From positions 5,506 through 69,505 of the IMG/VR virus record IMGVR_UViG_3300011335_000709: a DNA stretch of 64,000 nt; one strand, written 5' to 3'. Every line of letters begins with the position of its first letter. The stretch's first letter is position 1. The notes beneath the pieces are model-generated. The model worked only from the letters and a program-made list of their open reading frames with translations. It searched no databases and was not told the origin of the DNA. Shown here piece by piece: positions 27,614-35,790 of this stretch. This DNA is from a virus. Lineage: Duplodnaviria > Caudoviricetes. The position numbers were made by a program, and so were the translations under genes.

Positions 27614-27624
27614 TTAGTTCTCCT

Positions 27625-29583
27625 TTATTCGTTGTAGTACGGAATTTGATAGTTGGTCGTGCCAATACGAATTCTAATATAGCCCACCGGATTAGCAGTT
27701 AATGCGGTGGCGGCTCCGTTTGCACCAGTAAGAGTTGTTTTAGTGGCAAGAGTGGAGGCAAAGGCAATTTGCCCATCGACTGTTGCGATAGCTCCAGATC
27801 CAATCGCAATAGAATTAGCCCTCGTTCCTGCGTCGACGTCGGCTCCAGACCCAATACATATATTACTTGAACCCGTGGTAATTGAATCCCCAGCTTGATA
27901 TCCTAAAGCAACATTGCTGGCTCCAGTTGTGTTTAAGTCGAGGGCTTCAAATCCAATAGCTGTGTTGTTGCCTCCAGTTGTGTTTGCTGTGAGGGCGTTG
28001 ACTCCAATACCTGTGTTGTTGGTTCCAGTTGTTAACCCACGAAGAGAGAAATATCCGACGCCAGTATTATCTGACCCATTTCCGCCAATAGATTGGTACC
28101 CAATAGCGGTATTTCTACTTCCGGTAGTGTTTGAGGTACCGGTTCCAAATCCGAGGGCGGTATTAGAATCTCCTGTCGAGTTATTTAGAAATGCGCCAGC
28201 CCCGACAACAGTATTTTGAAAACCTGTTGTATTAGCTCTCAGCACGTTTTCTCCAACAGCAGTATTTTGAAAACCTGTATTAAGGCGAAGAGCCCAATAT
28301 CCAACAGCAGTATTGCTGTTTGCGGTTGTATTTGAGTAAAGTGTTTGATAACCAATAGCTGTGTTGAAGCCCCCACTTGTGTTAGTTCGAAGGGCCTCAG
28401 ACCCAATAGCTGTATTCGAAATTCCAGATGTGTTACTTCTAAGCGCACTCGCCCCTAACGCCGAATTACCTGACGGCGTAATATTGGATTGAAGCGCATT
28501 TGCCCCCACCGCCGTGTTGTTGGCTCCCTCAGTGTTTGCGTTGAGGGCGTCTCGTCCGGTGGCTGTGTTATCGCTTCCAGTTGTGTTTGCGTTGAGGGCT
28601 TGGTAACCAGTGGCTGTATTATTGCTTGCAGTTGTGTTTGAAGAGAGGGCGCTCCTCCCGACCGCCGTATTGCTACTCCCCGTGGTGTTATTTCGAAGGG
28701 CAAAATAACCACTAGCTGTGTTGTTGCCTCCGGTTGTATTTAAGTATAGCGCAGAACTACCACTAGCGGTATTGCCGTCTCCAGTTGTGTTTGCTTGGAG
28801 GGCGCTTGCTCCGGTGGCTGTATTATTGCTTGCAGTTGTGTTTGCGTTGAGGGCGCTTGCTCCGGCAGCTGTGTTTTGAATTCCAGTTGTGTTTGCTTGG
28901 AGGGCGTTTATTCCGCTAGCTGTGTTGTTGTTTCCAGTTGTGTTTAGTTGAAGGGAGTTATACCCAGAAGCTGTGTTGTTGAACCCAGTTGTGTTAAGCG
29001 AAAGGGACTGATACCCATGAGCTGAATTAGCGCCCCCTGTTGTATTGCCTCGAAGGGCGAAATATCCAGTAGCTGTGTTGTTGCTTCCAGTTGTGTTTAA
29101 GGAAAGGGCGTATGAACCGGAAGCGGTGTTGTTGTTTGCGGTTGTGTTTGAACCAAGAGCGGCTACTCCCAAAGCGGTGTTTGCGGTTCCGGTTGAGTTG
29201 AATAAGAGGGCGCCTGCACCGGTGGCCGTGTTGCCTCCTCCGGTTGTGTTGTTACGAAGGGCTTCGTGACCAGTAGCGGTGTTGTTGTTTCCAGTTAGAT
29301 TGTCGCGAAGGGCTATATACCCACTAGCTGTGTTGTTGCCTCCAGTTGTATTTGCTTGAAGGGCGCCCGCACCGGTGGCTGTGTTGAAGGCCCCAGTTGT
29401 GTTTGCTGCGAGAGCGCCCGACCCAGCAGCTACATTTCCTAAAGCAGCACTTGTTGCGGGAGAAGGTCTCAGGAGACGATCATCAATTGCCGTTACAAGC
29501 TGTGCCGGTGGGGGAGTAGTATTAGCCCCGGCTGTTCCGCAATCGCAATCTCGGGCGTAGTTATCGGGATTAGGAAAACTCAT
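27625..29583 (-). CDS. tail fibre/adhesin with ~31 copies of a 17-aa repeat (NTTGxxNTAxGxxALxx), 652 aa
   Basis: Repeats counted manually; C-terminal GYIRIRIGTTNYQIPYY fibre-tip motif. Confidence 0.75.
   Translation of the reverse strand: MSFPNPDNYARDCDCGTAGANTTPPPAQLVTAIDDRLLRPSPATSAALGNVAAGSGALAANTTGAFNTATGAGALQANTTGGNNTASGYIALRDNLTGNNNTATGHEALRNNTTGGGNTATGAGALLFNSTGTANTALGVAALGSNTTANNNTASGSYALSLNTTGSNNTATGYFALRGNTTGGANSAHGYQSLSLNTTGFNNTASGYNSLQLNTTGNNNTASGINALQANTTGIQNTAAGASALNANTTASNNTATGASALQANTTGDGNTASGSSALYLNTTGGNNTASGYFALRNNTTGSSNTAVGRSALSSNTTASNNTATGYQALNANTTGSDNTATGRDALNANTEGANNTAVGANALQSNITPSGNSALGASALRSNTSGISNTAIGSEALRTNTSGGFNTAIGYQTLYSNTTANSNTAVGYWALRLNTGFQNTAVGENVLRANTTGFQNTVVGAGAFLNNSTGDSNTALGFGTGTSNTTGSRNTAIGYQSIGGNGSDNTGVGYFSLRGLTTGTNNTGIGVNALTANTTGGNNTAIGFEALDLNTTGASNVALGYQAGDSITTGSSNICIGSGADVDAGTRANSIAIGSGAIATVDGQIAFASTLATKTTLTGANGAATALTANPVGYIRIRIGTTNYQIPYYNE
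27850..29450 (-). repeat. in-frame ~51-bp tandem coding repeats
   Basis: For example, the exact 31-mer gtggctgtattattgcttgcagttgtgtttg at 28610 and 28814 (204 nt apart = 4 x 51). Confidence 0.8.
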
Positions 29584-29590
29584 CGCAGTG

Positions 29591-29618
29591 ATTATGCCTG
29601 TCTATAATTATGAGTCAA
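29591..29618 (-). promoter_or_regulatory. promoter TTGACT-N16-CATAAT, 7 nt upstream of ATG at 29583
   Basis: Read from the sequence. Confidence 0.6.
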
Positions 29619-29625
29619 GCAATCC

Positions 29626-30018
29626 CTACTTGAGAGCTGACCAGTTATCGCGCCATTTGCAGTTGGGCTCCATATAAATGGATTTTGTGCGGGGAAGTTT
29701 TTCCCTTGGTATAATAAACATAGCGTCCAGAGTTGTATGTAAAAAGATAAAGGCGTCGCAATCTCCCTTGGTGTATAGCCTTTTCTCCATATGGCCAAAA
29801 CCGGGTCCCCGGATGGCAAAAAACTTTAATTTTCTCCTCTGGCAGTCATCGCTTCCACCCGTGGTTTTAACTTGGACGCGTACCAGCTTGCCTTTCCAAT
29901 CTGTAACCAAGTCATACCCATCGTCATAGATGGGTAGGCTTACAAGAAAGCCTTGTTCCATCAACTTGGTGGAAACCTTCTGTACACCTATTGCTCCTAG
30001 TCTAATATTATTACTCAT
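29626..30018 (-). CDS. PD-(D/E)XK endonuclease (130 aa)
   Basis: GYDLVTDWKGKLVRVQVKTT is a (P)D...QxK nuclease motif. Confidence 0.7.
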   Translation of the reverse strand: MSNNIRLGAIGVQKVSTKLMEQGFLVSLPIYDDGYDLVTDWKGKLVRVQVKTTGGSDDCQRRKLKFFAIRGPGFGHMEKRLYTKGDCDAFIFLHTTLDAMFIIPREKLPRTKSIYMEPNCKWRDNWSALK

Positions 30019-30557
30019 AACCAGCTCCTTGCGAGTATTGTACCAAGGGGTCGACGCTTGCGATAGACCCCATCCCCGTCTCGGCTACCATCGTCGTTTG
30101 TATTACCCTCTATCGTTACAGCCCATTTTCCTTCTACTTTTTCGATGATACCCGTATGAGCCACGCGCTTAAGACTTTGAAAATAAATCCCAAAGGCATC
30201 GGCTCGATCTGGCTTCTTTCCGCGACCTCTGTCCCATGTAGGACTTTTAACGAAATCTGGGCTCCAAGCAGATCTCGGGAACGGGTTCTCTTTCTTGCCG
30301 AACGCTTCATCACCTATGTATACCACCCAAGCCGCGCACCAGGGAGCCCTTGTTCCTTCTAGTCCTACTGAGGCTAGGATCTTGTCCACCAAGGGCCCGG
30401 AGTTTCTGCCGACCTCTCGCCATCCAATGGTTCCCCGAGCCACTTCAATAAGTCGCGATAGTCTTTCTCCTCGCGTCGGTACGATTCCTTCAGCAACTGC
30501 TTCTCGGGTACCCAGCAAAGATATAAACGCCAGAGCCAACGCATAGATTATCCGCAT
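30015..30557 (-). CDS. CHAP/NlpC-type endolysin with an N-terminal signal peptide
   Basis: PWCAAWV (catalytic Cys), HTGII (His), TIEGNT; signal-like MRIIYALALAFISLLGTREAVA. Confidence 0.8.
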   Translation of the reverse strand: MRIIYALALAFISLLGTREAVAEGIVPTRGERLSRLIEVARGTIGWREVGRNSGPLVDKILASVGLEGTRAPWCAAWVVYIGDEAFGKKENPFPRSAWSPDFVKSPTWDRGRGKKPDRADAFGIYFQSLKRVAHTGIIEKVEGKWAVTIEGNTNDDGSRDGDGVYRKRRPLGTILARSWL

Positions 30558-30889
30558 AACAGGGCAAAAGCTATGACGAGGCCAATGAACACAGCGATTA
30601 ATATAGTCGCTCGTGTCTGCCCATCTAACTCCTGCCAGTCGTCCTCCAAAGCATTGTTATCCATGTACCTATCCAAAAATTTAAACTCAATATTGATTAT
30701 TAGCCAGGCTAATGTCACTGCAAAGAGTAGCTTAACACCCGCGAACAGAACGACATGAAGGGCTCCGAGGTCAACAACCCCGGCTCCAGGGTCAAGAACT
30801 CGGAGGATCGGGCCTAGGGCCAAGAATAGAGTAAGTCCGCACAGCAAAGCGCCCAGTCCCTGGACGTTATCCTTTAGCCACTTTTTCAC
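30548..30889 (-). CDS. holin-like membrane protein (113 aa, ~3 TM)
   Basis: Three hydrophobic segments; between the endolysin and spanin-like genes. Confidence 0.5.
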   Translation of the reverse strand: MKKWLKDNVQGLGALLCGLTLFLALGPILRVLDPGAGVVDLGALHVVLFAGVKLLFAVTLAWLIINIEFKFLDRYMDNNALEDDWQELDGQTRATILIAVFIGLVIAFALLCG

Positions 30890-31273
30890 TTAAAAGAGTT
30901 TAAGAATAGGAAACAGATTACGCAAGGCCAAAAATGCGGGTAGTAAGAGCATCCCGCCAATTCCAATCAAACGCCATTTCCACAACATACCAACGGCTTT
31001 GCTATACTTGGCCTCAAGATATTCAAGCCTCTCGGCCATTTCCGAACGTTCTTTGAAGTTCTTATCGACCTGAGACTGAAGCTTTAAAATCTGATCCTTG
31101 GTGTTGTCCAGCTCATCCGCTACTGGTTTACAGGCAGGGATAGAACGAGCTATGGCTTGAGCTTTTAAGACTGAATCAGTCGTGGCCTGAAGGGTCAAAG
31201 AGCCGGACGAACTATACTTCGTCGAAGCGCAGGACGTTAAAGTTAAGAGAACAAGAAGCAAAAGGAAAGGCAT
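30890..31273 (-). CDS. putative unimolecular spanin (lipoprotein with C-terminal TM)
   Basis: Lipobox LTSC at residues 12-15, heptad-rich middle, C-terminal hydrophobic helix (LIGIGGMLLLPAFLAL); in the lysis cassette. Confidence 0.6.
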   Translation of the reverse strand: MPFLLLLVLLTLTSCASTKYSSSGSLTLQATTDSVLKAQAIARSIPACKPVADELDNTKDQILKLQSQVDKNFKERSEMAERLEYLEAKYSKAVGMLWKWRLIGIGGMLLLPAFLALRNLFPILKLF

Positions 31274-32079
31274 TAGGGTAAAATGCTCGCAAGTGTGGTC
31301 ATCAAGGTGGTTACTCTGGAATCAAGCGAAGAAAGGGTAAGGCTTTTTCCGATTGAGTAGAAAGACATTCTGGCGCTAGTAAATGCCGCTCCAACACCAG
31401 TTGCAAAAACGCCCATTAATTCATTGGATACTGCTCCAGAAGATACCGCAACTGTGGCATCTGAAATGCCACTAGCGGTAGTAAATCTTCTGCTAAAATT
31501 AGCCGAGTTATTTCTTGTGTTTCCTTGAAATCCAATCGGTGCAATCGTAAGTGTGGAAGAAGTTGAATTTCTGTTTTGCGTGGAAATTTGTGTAGCTGTT
31601 CCGTGACGAAGTGTAAGCCTGCTACCAATACCACTATTTGTTCCAACAAGAATTCCAATACTATCTGTCTGACTTGCTGAAACATAACAAGAAATATGCG
31701 AGTCGTTTTGAGGAAAATTTGTTGTATCGTTATTATTGTAGCCAGTAGCAAGGTATTTGTCTGTATCGTTACCAAGTAATCCAAGCTTTCTGCTGTAATC
31801 TCCACTTACAAAGTTATTGTTTGTTGGAGCATTCCCTTTCAATGGAACAATAGCACCGGCCACGGTTCTAGCCCCAGCCATAATGCAAGAAGTGACGATA
31901 GAGTTCCAAAGTCCGTCGGACTTAAGGCCTGCAACAAATGTATTGATTGCTGTCTTTACGCCGGATTCCAAAGCTTGGCCGTCAGCAGCTTCTACCGCGG
32001 CTATATAAGCACGAGCGTCTGAATCAAAGCCTGTTATTTTAGTCTGCGGTAACGATAAGCCTAGGCCGAGTTTCGGCAT
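31273..32079 (-). CDS. putative virion decoration/lectin-like protein (268 aa)
   Basis: DSDARAYIAAVEAADG...GLKSDGLW N-terminal module recalled from freshwater phage structural proteins. Confidence 0.5.
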   Translation of the reverse strand: MPKLGLGLSLPQTKITGFDSDARAYIAAVEAADGQALESGVKTAINTFVAGLKSDGLWNSIVTSCIMAGARTVAGAIVPLKGNAPTNNNFVSGDYSRKLGLLGNDTDKYLATGYNNNDTTNFPQNDSHISCYVSASQTDSIGILVGTNSGIGSRLTLRHGTATQISTQNRNSTSSTLTIAPIGFQGNTRNNSANFSRRFTTASGISDATVAVSSGAVSNELMGVFATGVGAAFTSARMSFYSIGKSLTLSSLDSRVTTLMTTLASILP

Positions 32080-32085
32080 GGCAGT

Positions 32086-32379
32086 TTATCCTGCCTTGTA
32101 GGCGATTACTTTTCCAGAGGTTAAGTCGTAGCTAGTAAACGGTCCGTAAATAATTGTGCCGGCAGTAAGGGTCACACCTACTAGACCTCCGACTGTAGAA
32201 TTTAGAGCAGTCAAGGCTGAGAAAATAGTATCCGCAATAATTTGAATAGCTGCAAAATTACCCTCAACTAAAGTCGTGTCATCTGTGTAAATAAATCCAC
32301 GCTGGCCAAGCGATACAAGCGCGGCGTCAGTTTCTTGAGTTACGCTGGGAGCTAAATTTTCGCTAAGAAAGTCTGGCAT
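32086..32379 (-). CDS. small virion structural protein (97 aa)
   Basis: GTIIYGPFTSYDLTSGKVIAY motif; AGGAGA RBS. Confidence 0.55.
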   Translation of the reverse strand: MPDFLSENLAPSVTQETDAALVSLGQRGFIYTDDTTLVEGNFAAIQIIADTIFSALTALNSTVGGLVGVTLTAGTIIYGPFTSYDLTSGKVIAYKAG

Positions 32380-32392
32380 AAAGTTCTCCTAT

Positions 32393-33007
32393 TTAAAGGC
32401 TATAAGTAGTTTGCAACCTACTCAGTTTCATTTGGAAAGTTTCACCACCCGTATCTTTTTGGAGATAGACAGAGATATAAAAAGTCTGACTAGTGTCAAT
32501 CGCTAGTTCTTCAAACGCAAACCCAGAAAAAGTACTTCCTGTGCCACCAGAGGCAGAAGGTTGAATAATTTGAGAATTTTCTGCGCCTCGATTAAACATC
32601 AAGAAACCTCTCATTCCGACAACAGCGGTTGCGGATTGCGCCCCAATGTTAAAGTTAACAAAACGGGTACCAGATGTTCCGTTGTTAGTGTTAGAAATAT
32701 AAGCTCTAATTCTTTTGGGATTTGCAGAAGCGGTACAATTTGCCCAAAAATTACCCTCAAGCGCCCCCTGCGGGCCTAAAGCCCCGCCGGGGATAGTATA
32801 TACAATTTGAAGAACATCAGCAGTCGTATTACCAGTTGCTGGAAAGGTAAAATCTTGAAAAATCAAAGGTTTTTGAGCAGCATTAATATCTGCTGGTTTT
32901 AAATTATTTAAAATCTGAGTGCTAAAAATAGAAGTAACTTGAGCGGCTAAAACGCGGTCAGTAGTTGCTACGGCAGAGGCAAAAAAAGGGTTGCGAATTG
33001 AATCCAT
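32393..33007 (-). CDS. putative structural protein (204 aa)
   Basis: Beta-rich; N-terminal DRVLAAQV shared with 33794..34096. Confidence 0.55.
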   Translation of the reverse strand: MDSIRNPFFASAVATTDRVLAAQVTSIFSTQILNNLKPADINAAQKPLIFQDFTFPATGNTTADVLQIVYTIPGGALGPQGALEGNFWANCTASANPKRIRAYISNTNNGTSGTRFVNFNIGAQSATAVVGMRGFLMFNRGAENSQIIQPSASGGTGSTFSGFAFEELAIDTSQTFYISVYLQKDTGGETFQMKLSRLQTTYSL

Positions 33008-33018
33008 AAAGTTCTCTT

Positions 33019-33046
33019 ATTGTGTAGTCTTATTTTTAATTGTCAA
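33019..33046 (-). promoter_or_regulatory. promoter TTGACA-N16-CACAAT
   Basis: 11 nt upstream of ATG at 33007. Confidence 0.6.
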
Positions 33047-33258
33047 CTATGTTTGCCAAAAATCTTTGACCAAAAGAATTCGGCAAATGTGGAAATCATG
33101 AATGTCGTGACTGCCACGACTCCATACCCCATGTGAATATGCTTCTCTACCTTACCAATTCGCTGATCGTGTTTATCGCGGTCTTCGAGCAAGGAATCGA
33201 GCTTCTCGTCCATGCGGGCGGTACGCTCAAGAAGGGTAATTAGATGGTCATTTTCCAT
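33043..33258 (-). CDS. XhlA/holin-like small protein (coiled coil plus C-terminal TM)
   Basis: LERTARMDEKLD...RIGKVEK followed by a hydrophobic helix. Confidence 0.5.
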   Translation of the reverse strand: MENDHLITLLERTARMDEKLDSLLEDRDKHDQRIGKVEKHIHMGYGVVAVTTFMISTFAEFFWSKIFGKHS

Positions 33259-33511
33259 GACTAAATATCCTATCGAGGGTGGGGTATAACCGTGATTTCA
33301 TCTTATTGGCAGTATAGCTCTCAACACCTAGCAAAGGCAAGAATAGTTCAAAACACATCTCGAACGACTCCCGCTCATAACAGGCTTTTGGCCTGGCAGG
33401 TTTCTTACCGGCGTCAAGATCCTGGAGATCGTTCCAGGCTTGCTTGACAACCGCCAAGATGAGCTTGTCCACGGCTTTACGCCATTTCGTTCGACGACAT
33501 TCCTTTTTCAA
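33248..33511 (-). CDS. hypothetical protein (87 aa)
   Basis: On the ORF track; overlaps its neighbours. Confidence 0.5.
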   Translation of the reverse strand: MKKECRRTKWRKAVDKLILAVVKQAWNDLQDLDAGKKPARPKACYERESFEMCFELFLPLLGVESYTANKMKSRLYPTLDRIFSHGK

Positions 33512-33728
33512 CGGCTTGAACCATACCCATTTCCTCTTCGGGCATTTCGGTTTCAGTTTCCTCTTCCTCGACTTCTTTGCCGGGAGAAACTGCTACACCT
33601 TCAACTGAAGAGAGATACATGGTTGGTCCTTTGAAATAGCCGCTGGCCATGAAGTCGAATGCGTCGCCTTCAGCAACACCTTCCGGAGGTGTAAAGCCTT
33701 TGGGTACGGGAAATGAGATATTGTCCAT
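33477..33728 (-). CDS. acidic hypothetical protein (83 aa)
   Basis: On the ORF track; RBS-like gaaagaaaactcttATG. Confidence 0.6.
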   Translation of the reverse strand: MDNISFPVPKGFTPPEGVAEGDAFDFMASGYFKGPTMYLSSVEGVAVSPGKEVEEEETETEMPEEEMGMVQAVEKGMSSNEMA

Positions 33729-33755
33729 AAGAGTTTTCTTTCTTGAAAGGGTATG

Positions 33756-33782
33756 ATCCCCCGGGGGATAAACCCCGGGGGA
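33756..33782. other. GC hairpin with self-palindromic arms (possible terminator/attenuator after the head decoration gene)
   Basis: tcccccgggggataaaccccggggga; no clear U tract. Confidence 0.4.
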
Positions 33783-33793
33783 CCAATTGATTG

Positions 33794-34096
33794 TTAAGCG
33801 TTCAGATTTTGCAGCAGGGTCAAAATAGTGTTCAGCTTTGTTGCCAAAGTCTGAAAATTATTATTGATCGTTGTCTGCGTTGGAGTAGCGGTAACATCAA
33901 CAAGTGTCGATGTTCCGCTAGCCGTTCCGGAAGCAGCCGTCAGTTTGCTGAGCGTGGGGGCATCTCCACCCGAACCAGCCACAACGGTTGCTACGGTACT
34001 TCCTGAAGTGCCCCATTCGGGTCCGTTATTCAACACACCACGAACTTGGGCCGCCAAGACATTGTCTTGGGAACGCGTTTGAAGGGGAAAGCTCAT
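33794..34096 (-). CDS. head decoration/head fibre protein (100 aa)
   Basis: Immediately after the MCP; C-terminal TINNNFQTLATKLNTIL trimerisation-like helix. Confidence 0.6.
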   Translation of the reverse strand: MSFPLQTRSQDNVLAAQVRGVLNNGPEWGTSGSTVATVVAGSGGDAPTLSKLTAASGTASGTSTLVDVTATPTQTTINNNFQTLATKLNTILTLLQNLNA

Positions 34097-34117
34097 TTAG
34101 AGTTCTCCTTTCTTCAA

Positions 34118-35521
34118 TTAGCTAACATAGTCAAGGCTGATGGTAGGACGTGTGTGCATTACGACGTAGCCGTACTGCGGGAACACGGGCCGAGCACCAC
34201 TCGCACAAACTCCGCGAAAATATCCGACATTACCGTCCGGATTATTTTGGCGATCCAAGATGTTAACCCATTTGAACTCACCACGGTAGTTCTGAGGATT
34301 GAATGCCATCTTGTTGTTAGTGCTGATGGGAGACGGAACCACAGAGCGGAATACATCTTGATGGAAGATGTAGCTGATCTCGTAGGACGCGGTCTCGTAG
34401 GCAGGGTTGATGTTGTACGCCGTACCCTTGGTCGTGGTTTCCTTACGGAAAGGATACACACGGAACAAGTAGGCAGGGCTCGTACCAGCCACGGCAAAGC
34501 GCGGAGGATACGGATCGATGGAGTGGTAGAAACCACCGTAAGAACGCTCAATACCGAGAGGCGTGAGCAATTCATTCGGCTTGGCATACCGGTAATCCTG
34601 GCGAATGTCGGCATTCAACCGGATCAGGTTTTCGCTGGTTTCGGCACCGCAGATCAACATGAACACCGGAGCGCCGTTTTCACGGCCCATGGCGTTAGTT
34701 CCCGCGCCGTCGCGGATAAGTTTCATGTAGAGCCGCTTGAGGATGCCCTGGGTCAACTGACTCTGAGGGAGCGCAGTGGATGTGAGGGTACCGCCACCTA
34801 CTGCCGACACTGAGCCATTCACAACAGCGTTATAAACGGCTTTAGCGTCACCAGTGGTTGTAGTGCTAGCGGTTGGGTTATTGATGGCACCAACGCCGGG
34901 ATAAACGAGGTTATTTCCCTCGATGACCACCGAGCGGGTGTATAGATTCCGGTAGCGATCTTGCCAAACCAAGGAGGTCGACTCAGTGAGGACATCCATG
35001 ATGTTGGAGAGCTGCTCTTTACGTTTAACGGCAAAGCGCAAATCTTCCAAGGAGATATCGGGGGAATCAACCGAGGCCCATTCCAGCGAATACTGACGGA
35101 GCTTTTGTCCGAAAGTAACGCCAGTAAGAGCTACGGGCAACGCATTACCAGAGGAAGAAGCCGAATCAACCGGATCTCCAAATGATGCGAGAGTGCTGGT
35201 AACCTGGGTATAAGGATTGAAGCCCTGATAGTCCTGGGTAACCTGATTTGAACCGAGTGTTCGCCATCCCTGTCCTGCATCTTGTCTGATATCGTTTACT
35301 GAATAGCCAATTGCGGTATCACCAGCAGTGGCCAAAGCACGGGAGGGGTAGAAACGTTCGAAAGTGACCGAGCTGATCACATCGCCCATTTCCTCGGGGA
35401 ACTGTTCCTGCTTGGTCAGTTTGAGCCAAGCAGAGGTATCGATCGTCCGGCGATAAATCTCCGGTCCGATACGACCCGCTTCTTTAACCAGCAACTGCTG
35501 GATATTGTAAGTCGTAGACAT
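34118..35521 (-). CDS. major capsid protein (467 aa)
   Basis: Follows portal and scaffold; strongly biased codon usage; size typical of HK97-fold podovirus coats. Confidence 0.8.
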   Translation of the reverse strand: MSTTYNIQQLLVKEAGRIGPEIYRRTIDTSAWLKLTKQEQFPEEMGDVISSVTFERFYPSRALATAGDTAIGYSVNDIRQDAGQGWRTLGSNQVTQDYQGFNPYTQVTSTLASFGDPVDSASSSGNALPVALTGVTFGQKLRQYSLEWASVDSPDISLEDLRFAVKRKEQLSNIMDVLTESTSLVWQDRYRNLYTRSVVIEGNNLVYPGVGAINNPTASTTTTGDAKAVYNAVVNGSVSAVGGGTLTSTALPQSQLTQGILKRLYMKLIRDGAGTNAMGRENGAPVFMLICGAETSENLIRLNADIRQDYRYAKPNELLTPLGIERSYGGFYHSIDPYPPRFAVAGTSPAYLFRVYPFRKETTTKGTAYNINPAYETASYEISYIFHQDVFRSVVPSPISTNNKMAFNPQNYRGEFKWVNILDRQNNPDGNVGYFRGVCASGARPVFPQYGYVVMHTRPTISLDYVS

Positions 35522-35529
35522 AGTAGTTA

Positions 35530-35741
35530 TTTTCCTTTCAACCTTCCCCTTACTCGCGCAAAGGGTAGGTTATGATTTGTGATAAGTATGCCAGCCCCTA
35601 TCGAGGCTATCCATTCTCATCACGACTCAAAACTTTTCCCTGGCGGCATCCCAGAGCTTTTAATGCCCGAATTCTGCTAGACCGTCTCAATCTTTATAGG
35701 TCTTGTTCGGCAAGGATCTCAATCTTTATACCTGTACCGAA
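35530..35741 (-). ncRNA. structured 5' leader of the major capsid gene (candidate cis-regulatory RNA)
   Basis: Two tandem hairpins with loops UAUAAAGAUUGAGAU/C, plus further stems including aacct-a-ccctt...aaggg-a-aggtt next to the RBS. Confidence 0.55.
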
Positions 35742-35748
35742 CTAGTTA

Positions 35749-35776
35749 AAAGTATCAACCGGGTGGAACGTGTCAA
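35749..35776 (-). promoter_or_regulatory. promoter TTGACA-N16-TACTTT for the capsid transcript
   Basis: Directly after the scaffold stop and upstream of the structured leader. Confidence 0.55.
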
Positions 35777-35790
35777 TACCTTTTGCAATT

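Noticed and set aside
27850-29450. CRISPR array or DGR target
   Set aside because: The repeats are in-frame 51-bp degenerate coding repeats without unique spacers, and no reverse transcriptase is present.
34046-34813. 255-aa + strand ORF
   Set aside because: Antisense to the codon-biased major capsid gene; typical shadow ORF.
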